64,000 bases of DNA from an uncultured virus (IMG/VR IMGVR_UViG_2061766007_000271) (lineage: Duplodnaviria > Heunggongvirae > Uroviricota > Caudoviricetes). The stretch lies in the IMG/VR virus record IMGVR_UViG_2061766007_000271. One strand, written 5' to 3'. This document shows positions 31,990 through 43,529 of the stretch, one piece after another. The stretch's first letter is position 1; every line of letters starts with the position of its first letter. A model generated the notes under the pieces. That model did not search any database. It was not told the origin of the DNA and saw only the letters and a program-made list of their open reading frames with translations. The position numbers and the translations under genes were made by a program.

Positions 31990-32226
31990 TTACTCAGCGT
32001 CCGCGTTGAAGAAGTTGTCCTGGCAGGACTTGCACATGCCTGACAGGAGGTACTCGCGCTCGGTCGCGCTCTTGTTGGGGAAAGCGTCTTGGATGTGCGC
32101 CCCCATTTGGTAGCGCATGAGACCGTCTTTGGGGACGGAGACGGTGGTTTTCTTGCCACACATGGGGCAAGTGACGGAGACGATGAAATCGGTGGCGGTT
32201 TGGGAAACAAATGTAACTTTTGTCAT
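31990..32226 (-). CDS. small zinc-finger protein
   Basis: CPMCG...IQDAFP...EREYLLSGMCKSC. Confidence 0.75.
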   Translation of the reverse strand: MTKVTFVSQTATDFIVSVTCPMCGKKTTVSVPKDGLMRYQMGAHIQDAFPNKSATEREYLLSGMCKSCQDNFFNADAE

Positions 32227-32659
32227 GGTGCGCTCCTGCGTGTTGGTGGTGATTTTTTCGACCTCATCTTCGGTCAACAATCATAATATACATCCAAGAT
32301 GACTGAATGCAAGAAAAGACATGAAATTTTTCTGATGACGATGAATGATTTTATCACATGGCGATATGGTAATTCATATCAATGCTTGATGCCATCATAC
32401 ACGCAATACAATGCCATTTTAACGCATTTTGGATATTTTCCATATAGTCATATCAATCAACATCATTCGTGCTTTAAAAGCGTTTTATTGCGGTTTTTCC
32501 GCAGGATGGAAATTTCCATCCTGCCAACATTAGCCAGCCACCAGCCCAAGCAGATTGAATATCTATGGCTGGCGTGTGCGTAGGCACGAAAAAANNNNNN
32601 NNNNNNNNNNNGTGTGGGGAGGTCGGGGGCTTTTGGGAAAGCCCCCTTTTGGGGGAGAA

Positions 32660-33037
32660 TCAAGCCTTAATTTTCTTGACTTCCACGTACTTGGAATCCG
32701 TGACCTTGAAATCGTCCTCGGTCAGCGTGATGCCGTGATGCTCTTCGACAAGCGCACGTTGCAGGGTGCGTGTCTGCTTCTCAGTCCAACGAGCGAGGAT
32801 TTTCTTCGTGGGGTCGCTTTGGCAAGCCACGATGAACTCGTTGGGGGATTCGGGGAGGATTGCTCCCATCTGCTTCTTTGCTTCTTCAAGAAGCGTTTCG
32901 ATTTCTTTCTTGCGCTCGGTCAAGTTGATGATTTCGTTCGCAAGACGAGCCATTGTCAACTGGTCTTTGAAAGTGTCGATGGTGGGGATGGCGGTGGCGG
33001 TGGCAGTCGTGGTGGTGGTGGTGGAAGACTTCTTCAT
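32660..33037 (-). CDS. hypothetical protein
   Basis: AAGGAG RBS and own promoter. Confidence 0.7.
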   Translation of the reverse strand: MKKSSTTTTTTATATAIPTIDTFKDQLTMARLANEIINLTERKKEIETLLEEAKKQMGAILPESPNEFIVACQSDPTKKILARWTEKQTRTLQRALVEEHHGITLTEDDFKVTDSKYVEVKKIKA

Positions 33038-33335
33038 GATTCGCTCCTTTGCGAGTGGTTGGTTCGTTGACTCTTTAAGAACCGCTCGGCTCTTTTCTCG
33101 GTCAACACTAATAATATACATCCATTCGGCTCGAATGCAAGAAGACAATGCAACTTTTTTGATTTTTTTTGATTTTTTATTTTCTCTATATGTATATACG
33201 TGCGCGTACACGCGCCTGAGCGTGTGTGTGATAGATATTCAATATACCATCCACATCAAACATATTCAATCTATATCCAATTATCCATAAAACAAAAAAG
33301 CCGTAGGGCTTTTGCCCTACGACCTCTTGTACTTC

Positions 33336-33698
33336 CTACTTTATCACATTCAAGACTTCATCGGTCATTTCCTCCAAGTAGTACCATGCAAGCATCGGCT
33401 CTTCCTTAAAGCGTTTTGGTATCGAATCCGTATCTTCAATCAATCGCCTTGCAATGAAAATCTGCGTCTTGTTGCGCTTGTACGCGACTTTCAGCTCTTG
33501 TACCAACTTGTGCGCTTTCTGAATGTCGGTCATGCCATCCTCGTTCTTGTCCAAGTCATCGTCATGCCAGCGTTTCAGAAAGCCTTCCACATCATCGTAC
33601 CACGCTCCATGCTCCAACCATTTAGACAAAAGCCTATTGTCGCCACGAAGATTGCTAATGATGTTTTTAAGTGTTTCAACGGCATCTCTCATAATCAA
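33336..33698 (-). CDS. hypothetical protein
   Basis: AAGGAG RBS; preceded by tandem ECF-like promoter motifs. Confidence 0.7.
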   Translation of the reverse strand: MIMRDAVETLKNIISNLRGDNRLLSKWLEHGAWYDDVEGFLKRWHDDDLDKNEDGMTDIQKAHKLVQELKVAYKRNKTQIFIARRLIEDTDSIPKRFKEEPMLAWYYLEEMTDEVLNVIK

Positions 33699-33775
33699 AC
33701 TCCTTTGCCTTTAAAAGACCTTGCCTAATTGCCGAAACTCGTTTTCGGCTACGTTGTTTTGTTGTTCTATATATG

Positions 33776-33905
33776 TTACGACTTGAAACGACCGAAACTT
33801 TCACTTGATTTTGATTTTTTCACATTTTTCATTTTCCTCTCAAACATCATCGTCTTGATTGTCTTATATAGATGATACGGTTTTCGCAAGGCAAAGCTTT
33901 CACTT
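33776..33905 (-). promoter_or_regulatory. two tandem ECF-sigma-like promoters TGAAAG-N17-CGTA
   Basis: AAGTGAAAG-tttcggtcgtttcaagt-CGTAAC and AAGTGAAAG-ctttgccttgcgaaaac-CGTATC. Confidence 0.55.
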
Positions 33906-34028
33906 TTCCAAAAAATCTTCCAAAAAATTCCAGCCGTTGCATGGATTGAATATCTTGGGCTGGCTCAGGTTCAGAATGCAAAAAAGCGGTCAGGAATTGC
34001 TCCTGACCGCCGAACCTAGTCCAACGAA

Positions 34029-34421
34029 TTAGACAAAAGGCATTCCGTAGATGGTCTTCTTGCCATCGCAGTCCGTGTACGCCATGTTGTTCTTGCTAAG
34101 CGTATCGTAAATCAAATCGCACATCTTTTTCATTTCCGCATTCCGCAGGTCAATTCCATTGCCTTCTTTAAGGTTCGCGACAGTCTCGATGAATTTCATG
34201 ATGAAATTCCCGAAAAACGCCTGCTGAAGCGTTCTATGCTCACGTAGCAGGTATTCGATAAGGCATTCCATCGCATGATTGTTAGCACCGCATGTGTTCA
34301 CCATGTCGGTCAGCGTCCGAGCCAACTTCTTTCCGTTTTTCTCCTCTTCCAACGCTTTTTCCTCGTTAAGAAGCTTTGTCTTTTCCTGCATTTCGTTCCA
34401 TTCTGTTCCAGTCATGGTCAT
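34029..34421 (-). CDS. hypothetical protein
   Basis: REHRTLQQ motif; RBS. Confidence 0.7.
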   Translation of the reverse strand: MTMTGTEWNEMQEKTKLLNEEKALEEEKNGKKLARTLTDMVNTCGANNHAMECLIEYLLREHRTLQQAFFGNFIMKFIETVANLKEGNGIDLRNAEMKKMCDLIYDTLSKNNMAYTDCDGKKTIYGMPFV

Positions 34422-35152
34422 TTCTCCTTTTGGGTCAGTTTACAAGATTCGCAAGCAATTTGTTCCAAGAGTCTTCAAAATCAGGCAATTTGTCATTTCC
34501 ATGATTTATACGTACTGTCAGTTTTAGCATTTTCATCATCGCTTCCGCATTTTCATCAGTCCTGTTCTTGTACTCTAGAATCAAAGGAACGAGGGTTTTC
34601 GCTACCTTGATTCCATACAAGATTCTAACATTTACTTGCATAATAGACCTCCTATGGATTTTGGGTTTGTCATGTTGTACCATAAATATACATCCAAAAA
34701 AGCCCGAATGCAAATCGAGCTGGATAAAAAATTCGCAAAAACGCACTCGACCAGCAGAGTGATATTCAATATCTGGTCTTCTGAAAAACAAAAAAGCGGA
34801 GTTGGAAATTCCAACTCCGCATGGTACGCGAATCACTTGAATTTGGCTTCAAGCCAATGCAAGCATATCCGCTTGATTTCCTCAATGCTCATGTCTTCAA
34901 CGCCATCATCCTGCGTGTGATGGATGTGTTTCCAGGGTTGCATCGCCATTTCCATCATGTCCTTGCTGGAAAAGCTGGGGATTCTAGCATGACGCACCAC
35001 TTCGTCAGCGATTTCGCCTTGATGCCGATGCCACATCAAATCCTCGCCATTCTGCGATTCCTCGTTTTGTGGATTGCATTGCTTGAATTCACGCCATGCC
35101 AAGTTGAACGGATGACGGATTGCAACGAAAACTTCGGGTTTATGCCACATGA

Positions 35153-35473
35153 TTAGTTCTCCTCTACTTCTTCTCTGCCGATGAAACCATCCATGTCGTA
35201 GTCTTTCGCGAATTGCTCGTCATCATAAGTGCCGTCTTCTTTGAGGTACTTCGTCAGTTCGACAGAATCCTTGCAATTCGGTAAAGTACCGCAAATGGAA
35301 AGCAAGCACTTTGACTTTTTCGTGAGATTGTCGGTATAGAACAAGGCTACGAGATTCTTAATCAAGCCATTGTCATCGTAGTATTGGATGCGGTGATAAT
35401 CAGACTTCAAGAATTCGGTCATTTCCGTAAGCGTGTCGAACGAGTATTCATTGACAGTTGCGATTTTCTTCAT
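35153..35473 (-). CDS. hypothetical protein, FxxFxEMxxFL family
   Basis: YSFDTLTEMTEFL...YDMDGFIGRE. Confidence 0.75.
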   Translation of the reverse strand: MKKIATVNEYSFDTLTEMTEFLKSDYHRIQYYDDNGLIKNLVALFYTDNLTKKSKCLLSICGTLPNCKDSVELTKYLKEDGTYDDEQFAKDYDMDGFIGREEVEEN

Positions 35474-35907
35474 GGTTCGTTGCTCCTTTGACTTTTAAAC
35501 AATAATCAAGTTCTTTCCCTTAATATACATCCATCCTGCTGGAATGCAATTCGGTTCGTGAAAAAATTTCATCCAGCGACCATCATCATATTCAATATCT
35601 ATGGTCATTCGGCTGGTGCAGACAATAAAAAAGGAGACGTACCAATTGGTACGTCTCCTTTTCCCTAGCTAGGAGGTTCAGCCCTCTAGGTACATTACCA
35701 AGTCAACGGATTCCTTGAAATTCTGAGCTTCGAGTTTCTTCATGAAAGCATCGTAGCGTTCGTAGTCGTTTTTCTTCGCTTCAATCAGTTGATTGTAGAA
35801 GCGTCCGTAAGAACCGCAAGAGCAAGCAAGGGACTTGATGGTGTTAAGGATTTGAGTGCGTTTCATGTGACTGTCTCCTTTGTGTTTGTGGTTGATTTAC
35901 TTGCGGA

Positions 35908-36114
35908 TTAGTAGTATTGACGTTCGCCATTTTCGTCAACTTCACCGCTTGTATGCGTTTCAACATCGTCATTCAGCATGTCGATTGTCCACGTCATCGA
36001 GCCATTGTAGCCCATGTGAAAAGCCTTTTCTTCTGCTTCTTCTGCGCTTTCGGCTTCGACTTCGATTGTCTGCGTAAGTGTACGGTAAACATCGACGACA
36101 AACTTCTTTTTCAT
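35908..36114 (-). CDS. small DpnD/PcfM-like acidic protein
   Basis: IEVEAESAEEAEEKA motif; similar to 58286-58591. Confidence 0.6.
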   Translation of the reverse strand: MKKKFVVDVYRTLTQTIEVEAESAEEAEEKAFHMGYNGSMTWTIDMLNDDVETHTSGEVDENGERQYY

Positions 36115-36524
36115 GTTGTCTCCTTTGCGGTTGGTTTTGTTTTCGTTGACTTCATCTTCTGTCAACACTAATAATATACATCCGTTTTCCACGAATGCAA
36201 TTGCTAATGGAAATTATTTTTCATCGCACTTGAATTGCCTTGCAAGTTCTTCATCCGCAGACGGAAGCATCCTGACGAACTTCTTGAATGCGGAGCGTCT
36301 GTTCAATGCCGTGACAATGTACCTAGCCTTTGTGGTAGGGAATGTAAAGATGTAGGTTTTTTCTTTGAAAAGTCCGAATAGTGCCATTTTGTTTTCCTCC
36401 TTTGTTTTATGTTTTATCCTTAATATACACCCGAATTCAGCGAATGCAAATTTCCACGCGAAAAATTTTCTCCATCCAAAATCCAGCCATGAATATTGAA
36501 TATGGTGGCTAGATTCTGAGACAA

Positions 36525-37058
36525 AAAATATCCGCGAGTGCAAGAAAATGACGAATACACTCGCGGATTTTCCCATATAATAAGGAGTAGGGGAAACAAT
36601 TGCCGATTTCCGCTTACAGGGAGCGTACTTTCGGCGGTGAATTTCTAGCCTGTCCTTTGCAGACCTGACAAGCGGTTGCCCTGCCCTTGCCAATCCTTCT
36701 CTTCCCTGATGTGGCATACATCTTGGTGGAATGGTATCACCATCGGGCATCGCCATGCACAATAAGCAACATGCGGTTTCTCGTCCAAGCCCGTGAACGC
36801 TGGATGTATGTATCTTGCCTTTGGCTTCAAGTCGCCTATCCGCCAACGGCTCATCCTAAAGGCGAGACCATCAGTTCCAGTCTTTTAGCCTTTTTCTGCC
36901 AAGCCCGTACAAGAACCTAAAAGGAGTTTGTCTTCGAGCCTACCCATGTCATACTCCGATTGTTTTCACAACCAGCGAACTCTGACATTCTCACCGTGCT
37001 TTAATCGCTTGCGGTGTCACTAGGATTTAGTTTTAACATTGACTGATTTCTCAATCAA
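36525..37058 (-). ncRNA. candidate large structured non-coding RNA (about 500 nt)
   Basis: Own TTGACA...CATATT promoter (37063-37095) and terminator (about 36525-36570); no ORF with a convincing RBS; several short purine-loop hairpins. Confidence 0.55.
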
Positions 37059-37117
37059 CACTATTAATATGGCTTGTTTTTCTTTTTTGTCAAATCATTT
37101 TCATGATTTTTTATTTT

Positions 37118-37723
37118 TTATCCCCAAGCCAATGTGTCTTCCGCATAGTCGAGATTCTCATAGTTCAATTCATCATAATCCTTTCTTTGGATTTTTCCGA
37201 ATTGCTCAAACTTCTTCCATCCCTCTAAATCATAATACCATTTCTCATATTCCAAGCAATCGTTGCGGTGATTTGTCTTGAAATCGACATATATTGTTTC
37301 AAGCCCCATAAGGGAAATACCCTTGTTCTTCACAATCATGTCGTGTATCTTCTTTGAAACGTCATCCGTGAATGCCGTATGGTCGAGAAGCTCCTTTGTC
37401 AACTTTTCAACAAGCTCTTTGCTTGGCTTGCCAAGTTTGAACCAATCAGAACGTTCGTTGCCATTTCCGTAGAATCCACTATCTTTAATCTTCATGTGCT
37501 TGCCAACCCATGCTTGACCCGCAAGCAGGACATCCTTGTTGACATTGTTCACTCCCTTTGTCAGATACACCGTATATCCATTGCAAGGTGGATGAACGAA
37601 CACGGTCGTCGGAACAATCCTGTGCAGGAATCCGATTACAACATGACCTGTTTCATGCCACGCGCATTCTTCAAGATTCTTTTCATCCCACGTTTCTTTC
37701 TTTTCTTCGATTTCCGTTTCCAT
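37118..37723 (-). CDS. peptidase M41-like (HExxH) zincin domain protein
   Basis: AWHETGHVVIG and VLLAG. Confidence 0.65.
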   Translation of the reverse strand: METEIEEKKETWDEKNLEECAWHETGHVVIGFLHRIVPTTVFVHPPCNGYTVYLTKGVNNVNKDVLLAGQAWVGKHMKIKDSGFYGNGNERSDWFKLGKPSKELVEKLTKELLDHTAFTDDVSKKIHDMIVKNKGISLMGLETIYVDFKTNHRNDCLEYEKWYYDLEGWKKFEQFGKIQRKDYDELNYENLDYAEDTLAWG

Positions 37724-38102
37724 ACCATGTAATTCCTTTACACATGCTTTTCCTTTTGTTTTTACTCATGGATTGTTCCTCACATAATTGGCTATGAATC
37801 CCATCGCCACAATCATCCACAACGCACATAGCAGGTCGAAGTGGAATCCGTCGATGTTATTCACATTGACGAATGGCGACAGGGCGAATGCCGTGACGAT
37901 GAACGCCAAGTCCAGCGTCCTGACATTCTCGTTGTACCTCATTCTGTGCAATCCGATTCCATCGTCTTCCTCTTGAATCGGGGCGCACATGAAAAGAAGC
38001 ATATACGCAATCATGAACAGCAGTTCCATTTTCCAATCCTCTTTTATCAAAAATATACATCAAAATGAAAGGAATGCAATTCGGCAATCGTAAAATCTTA
38101 TT

Positions 38103-38546
38103 TCATTCGCCATTGTCGAACCAGCACATATACAACTTCCTGTAAAGCCATCCGAAAAAGCCGAACATCGACAGGAATCCAAAGATGAATCTGAAAAACA
38201 ACTCCTTGAAAATCACCCACCATCTCATCTTGGCAAGCACCCTCGACATCACAGGCACATCAATTCGGGCGGATTTCACATCCGAATCTTCGCGTAGCCA
38301 TTCAATCACTTTCTCTGCCAATTTGTCTCCGTCTTTTTCCACATCGACCTCATGACATTTATTAGGAGGAAGATGCTGATGTATCTTCATAATGGAATTT
38401 GAACACCCAATTCCGAATTCCATCGTATCATCATCAGCATACCAGTTTATCACATCGGTGTCTTTCGGCAGATTGTAGAACTCACACGCTTTCTTGTTCA
38501 ACCTCTTGATGAACCTCGGTGCTTTTTTCAAACTTGTTCTCGACAT
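38103..38546 (-). CDS. hypothetical protein with C-terminal TM helix
   Basis: Hydrophobic C-terminus; part of the 38103-42152 operon. Confidence 0.65.
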   Translation of the reverse strand: MSRTSLKKAPRFIKRLNKKACEFYNLPKDTDVINWYADDDTMEFGIGCSNSIMKIHQHLPPNKCHEVDVEKDGDKLAEKVIEWLREDSDVKSARIDVPVMSRVLAKMRWWVIFKELFFRFIFGFLSMFGFFGWLYRKLYMCWFDNGE

Positions 38547-38922
38547 TATCTATCATCCTCTTTGCAATACATATCATGACCGACCGAACAATAGGCTAGA
38601 AGCAAGTCCAATGGGAGATATCCGCGATACTGCCTTATCAGCTCCGATTTTGTCTTTCTTGAATCCACGCCAACACCATTCTTTCCGTTGACCGTCAACG
38701 GAAAGAAGAATTCCTCGTTGTTTTCAAAAAACGTCTCCGTCAAATCCCTTGAAAAATGGCACTCGGCTTCTAGATTGCGCTCATTCAGTTCTTGCCAAAC
38801 TCGGTGTCCGTATTTCTCAAGTTCCTCGAATGAAAGGAAACAGTCCGTATCTCCATTCTCCCTCTTGCTGATGAACGCATTGGATGCGCAATCCCCCAAG
38901 AATATCTTGTAGCAACTCATCT

Positions 38923-39447
38923 TTACTGAACCTCTTTTTGCCTGACCGTGAAAATCCTGTCTCCATTTTCGGGATTCTCGTCATAGTCGAAATCAATGTT
39001 GAACATCGAATTCAACTCAATGAAATGCCCCATGCATTCCTCATAAAGTTTACTGCGTTTGCGTGTGTACCAATATCGTACATACTGCTTTTTGTTTTTG
39101 TCTCTGAAAATCCTTGCATCATCGGCATCTATTATCTTTTTTGAACCAAGTTCATCCCATTGCCTGTTGCCTATCATATTGCACATATCGTAAAACGAAT
39201 TGATATTTAATCCCCATCCTTTTGATAAGCACATGGGAATGACGACATTCCTTACCTCGCACATGGTGAACCAATCCTTGAATTGCACATTTTTATTAAA
39301 TATGGAATGAGTGATGTCGTGCTGCTTGCACCAATTATATGATTCCATGAAACGCATTCGGTTATAGTTGCTGGACGTAAACCGAATCGCATTGTCAATA
39401 TGGCAGACTGATGCCTCCTTTGGCTTTGCCTTTTTCTCATAGAACAT
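38923..39447 (-). CDS. hypothetical protein
   Basis: ORF within the operon. Confidence 0.6.
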   Translation of the reverse strand: MFYEKKAKPKEASVCHIDNAIRFTSSNYNRMRFMESYNWCKQHDITHSIFNKNVQFKDWFTMCEVRNVVIPMCLSKGWGLNINSFYDMCNMIGNRQWDELGSKKIIDADDARIFRDKNKKQYVRYWYTRKRSKLYEECMGHFIELNSMFNIDFDYDENPENGDRIFTVRQKEVQ

Positions 39448-41320
39448 CGGCGCGGGAGTTTCAATCCATTTCCAATATGCGTTTGAATTGTAAACACCAT
39501 CGTCATATTGGACTTTTCCCCAGCACGAACCGCAATCCGAAAGGGAGCTATGTCTTGNNNNNNNNNNCTCTTTATCATTATAACTTTCCTACTGTCGTAA
39601 TTACTCTTGTTATCGGTATCATCCAATGATTCGGTATCAATGGAATCTCCCCTATTTTCTTCATGTCAAATACCTTGTTGTTCCAATTGTTTATCGCCAT
39701 CGCCATAGCAAGATTGATGTTCTTATAGACGTTGACGTAGGAAATCGTGTTCTCGCTCTTGTGATAGCTTGAATAGACAACGGATTCACTCTCACGCGGA
39801 GTGAATTTCACTTCCATGTAATAATAGACTTTCGGGAGCATATGTTGTGCAATCATCGCCAAGAACACGATTTCCCCAATGTCAAAAAGATGGGAGCGCG
39901 ACCATACATGATGACCTAGCAGATGCGTCCTTTCATCATCCTTGTGAAAACCGTTACAATCCAGCCAAAACACGAATTCCTCATCCGTGGTAGGCTCGTT
40001 GCACCAATCCACCCTGCATGATACTAGGTAATCTCGGTTTAACTCATAGCTGGTCATTGATTCAATGTCTTCTGACTGTTGCATTTAGGGCAATCGGGAT
40101 TGTGAATCATTCCGTTGAAATAGACACCGTTGTGAAATTCTAGGTATTCATGCTCATTGTATGTCATCTTGAATACCCTGCCATTGAATTCCTTTTCAAT
40201 CACCTCGATGACGGCTGGTTGCTGGACGGCTTCTTTCTTCTTTTCCTTGTTCGGTCTCTCGCAGAACCAATAATTGAAGAATGCGCCTGTAAAAGCGATA
40301 ACGAGGATAAATCCGATTGGCTTGATTGCATCTTTCATTTTGCTTCATTTTCCTTTTGCAAAGCTTTTGCTTCAAGTTCCATCTGCACCATCTCTCCGTG
40401 GCTGATTCTCCGCACAGGTTGCGAAATGGTTTCAGTGTCTTGCTGGACGGTAGCCTGCACATCGCTGGCATAATAAAGGCATCTCTTGCAATTCATCCTG
40501 CCTGCTTGTTTTTCAAGCAGGTCATCGCTTTTGGACGATACGCTCAAAATCGACATCAGACCGAATGCAAGCAATGCGCCAACCCAAGTACCAAGTATGA
40601 ACATAGCCATGATAAATCTCCTTTGTTTGACGTTTTCTTTTACTTCTGCAAGCCTGTCGGCTCGTCTTCCGTATAACTTGGAATCTTCGCCCTCATGCTT
40701 GTGTTCTCCGCCAGCGCATAGAACTTCCATTGACCGTCCGTGCCTTTGCGGACAATGAATGCCAATGGGAAATTCGCGGCGCGGATGACCGCAATCAATG
40801 CGTGTTCGGCATTCTCTCGGACGAAATCAATCGGGTAGTTGAACCCTAGCTGGATGGCTTTCAACACCCTAATCTGATGCTTCGCATTCAGATGCCTGAT
40901 ACTGTTCAGCAATTCAACCACAGGTGTCATATCCTTGTCGCGGATGGCTTCAATCGTCATCCTCTTGATTTCATAGTCGCTTGCCGTCAGCGCATCCAGC
41001 GAAAACGCATTCATAGTCAAAACCAGCGACATAGCCAAAACAATCTTCTTCATCATTCTTCATTCTCCTTTTTGATTTTACTTTGCTCTAGTACGCTACG
41101 GTAGAAATCCGTAATCGAAAAGCACGTATGCTCTTTACGAGTGTCATGGTAGTAACCGCATACGTGGTTGTTAAAATCTAGACCGTGGCAGTTGTCATGG
41201 TTAGGGCAATGGCATGATTCGCAGAACGCGCAACAGTCGTAATTGTCCAAGTATTCCATGACTTCATCGTTGATGTAGCCTGGAATGTTCTCATATTCAA
41301 GCAGTTGCTTCAATAAAAAC

Positions 41321-41818
41321 TCAATCGGATGTAACTTCATTGTGCTTCTCCATTTCCTGTTTCACTTCATTCAAAACTCTTATGATGTTCAGCTTGTCCA
41401 CATCGTCCCTGTACCATCCCATTCCCCATCCTGTATGTAACGGAATATCTTGCAACGGCTCTGCAAAAAAGATGTTTCCATTGTTTGCATAGACCTTTAA
41501 CCCATCCATTGTAAAACTTTCCTCATATATCGTTTTCAAATAGTAGTACATCTTCCACACAAGACGCTCGGAAATCCTCGGCTCGCCATCTGGGATTGAA
41601 TATGTCTTCCACATGTCCAGCAACACATTATGGATGGTTTTTTCGTAATCTTCCTTGTAGATTACGTAACCATCCACGATTGACGTGATGTATATCGAAT
41701 CGGGCAATCTTACAAAACTCGATTCATGCACCAGCGTCTTAAGCGCATCGTACATCCGCGATACCAAGTCCATCGGTATCGCGGAGTAGTCGATTTTATG
41801 TTCTTCGTCAATCGTCAT
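41321..41818 (-). CDS. hypothetical protein with internal duplication
   Basis: LVSRMYDALKTLVHES / LVWKMYYYLKTIYEES. Confidence 0.6.
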   Translation of the reverse strand: MTIDEEHKIDYSAIPMDLVSRMYDALKTLVHESSFVRLPDSIYITSIVDGYVIYKEDYEKTIHNVLLDMWKTYSIPDGEPRISERLVWKMYYYLKTIYEESFTMDGLKVYANNGNIFFAEPLQDIPLHTGWGMGWYRDDVDKLNIIRVLNEVKQEMEKHNEVTSD

Positions 41819-42277
41819 AGTCCTTTCCGTATTCCTCGCATTCCTCGACAATGCGATTGTATTCGTCATCGGTCAGCTCGTCAGACCAATCCTTGCCGTC
41901 CTTGTCCATGACTGAATCGAGTTCATCGACTTCGTAGCACCAGCACACATCCCTGCCACGGATGCCCCAGTATTCGTATTCGCCAATGCCTTCGTCTCTC
42001 CACTCGCCATCGAATTCGACTTCGACTTCGATTTCCTCTTCCTCGAAATCTTCTTCTTGGTAGCCTGCAAGGATGAAATCCATGACTTCGTTCTCAGTGT
42101 AGAGGTTGCCAGCGTTGTCTTTGAAACGGTAGATTGCGGTGTCGATATACATTGCGATGCTCCTTTGATTGCAACTGTCCGATTTTTATCTTGTACCATT
42201 AATATACACCATTTTCGCGCAAATGCAACTCGGTTCGCAAAAAATTCTTCAACCACCTCATATTTTTTGATATTCAA

Positions 42278-42769
42278 TCAAAATGGCTTCGGCATGAACT
42301 CCCTGAATGGGACATTCTGATTCAGCCGTACCACCACCAATGTTATCTTATGATTCTTGTTTTCACTTTCATCCTTATAGAAATGCGTAATGTATTTTAT
42401 CTTGTCGAATGTCACTTTTCCGTAAAGTTCTCCTCCGTCATTATTATTGAATTTACAATATCTGATATAGTTGTCCTGCTGATTGTTCGTTTCAAAGAAT
42501 TCCATTTCAGTCAGCAGGCATACGATTTCATTATCATATTTGACCTTGCCACGACAAAACGGACAACGCGCATTCGTCTTTTTGTTCCAAATATTTTTGT
42601 CAGTCAAATGCTGACCGCATTTAACGCAATAAGGCTCTCCTTCGTTTTCCGTAATGATGCTGTAATACTGAATGTTGCCCCTGTCTATCCTGCTCTCCGC
42701 TTCAAGATACATGGCAAGCCCCCTTTCGGAGACGATTCGATTTTCCTTGACCATTTCCATATTTTTCAT
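42278..42769 (-). CDS. zinc-ribbon hypothetical protein
   Basis: CVKCG...CPFC. Confidence 0.7.
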   Translation of the reverse strand: MKNMEMVKENRIVSERGLAMYLEAESRIDRGNIQYYSIITENEGEPYCVKCGQHLTDKNIWNKKTNARCPFCRGKVKYDNEIVCLLTEMEFFETNNQQDNYIRYCKFNNNDGGELYGKVTFDKIKYITHFYKDESENKNHKITLVVVRLNQNVPFREFMPKPF

Positions 42770-42883
42770 TCCATTTTTTCAAAAAATCAGACGAGTCTAT
42801 TTGCAATTTGACGTTGAAAGTGTATATTATATGCAACCTCGAAAACGAGAGGCGAAACAACAACCACAAGCAAAGGAGCAAAA

Positions 42884-43036
42884 ATGAACAAGTACGTCGT
42901 GTACTACACCAAAAGCGGAAGCAACCACCAAATGAACGTCTGGGCTAACAGCGAGGGCGAAGCGTGGAGCATCGCACGGCAGAATCTCACATGGGACTGC
43001 ACAATCCTGAGTGTCAGCAGAACTTGGTGCAAGTAA
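42884..43036 (+). CDS. 50-aa protein in an inverted expression module
   Basis: Plus-strand promoter TTGCAA...TGTATATT (42801-42828), AAGGAG RBS, ORF MNKYVVYYTK...TWCK, terminator at about 43050-43080. Confidence 0.75.
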   Translation: MNKYVVYYTKSGSNHQMNVWANSEGEAWSIARQNLTWDCTILSVSRTWCK

Positions 43037-43529
43037 CTGACTAGGCATGGGGGCTGGACGATTGCTCGTCCAGCCCTTCTTGCATTCCGACATAGGTTTT
43101 CATGCCGTCCTTTCAAAACCGAACACGTTTTTCATCTTGATGTCCACGATGTCAAGGCAGGTGTTGATTTCAAATTCCAATCTCTTGTCAGAAACTCCCT
43201 CCTTCAAGTAAATCTCATATAGATTCTCCGAAATCATCTGATGAGCCACAAGATAGGACAACTCCGTGTTAAAAATGGTTTTCCTCGGATGCCTGCGGTT
43301 TACAACCGTCTGCGTGTATTCCATTTCAAGATGCGACAATGCGTGTGTTCTTGCCGACTGTGCGTGTGCTGAAATACAAATGTATGGATTTGTCTTATTG
43401 TTAAGACCATGATTGCAATTTCTTGTAATAAAATCCATTACGACGAAATCTACCTTGCACATGACACCGATGCATTCAGGGATGGCGTATTCGCGTTGCA
43501 AGGAAAATTCCGTACCGATTGAATATCCG

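Noticed and set aside
36214..36846. 210-aa ORF overlapping the candidate ncRNA
   Set aside because: It runs through a terminator, box and promoter. Only the last 57 codons (36214-36387) have a promoter and RBS.
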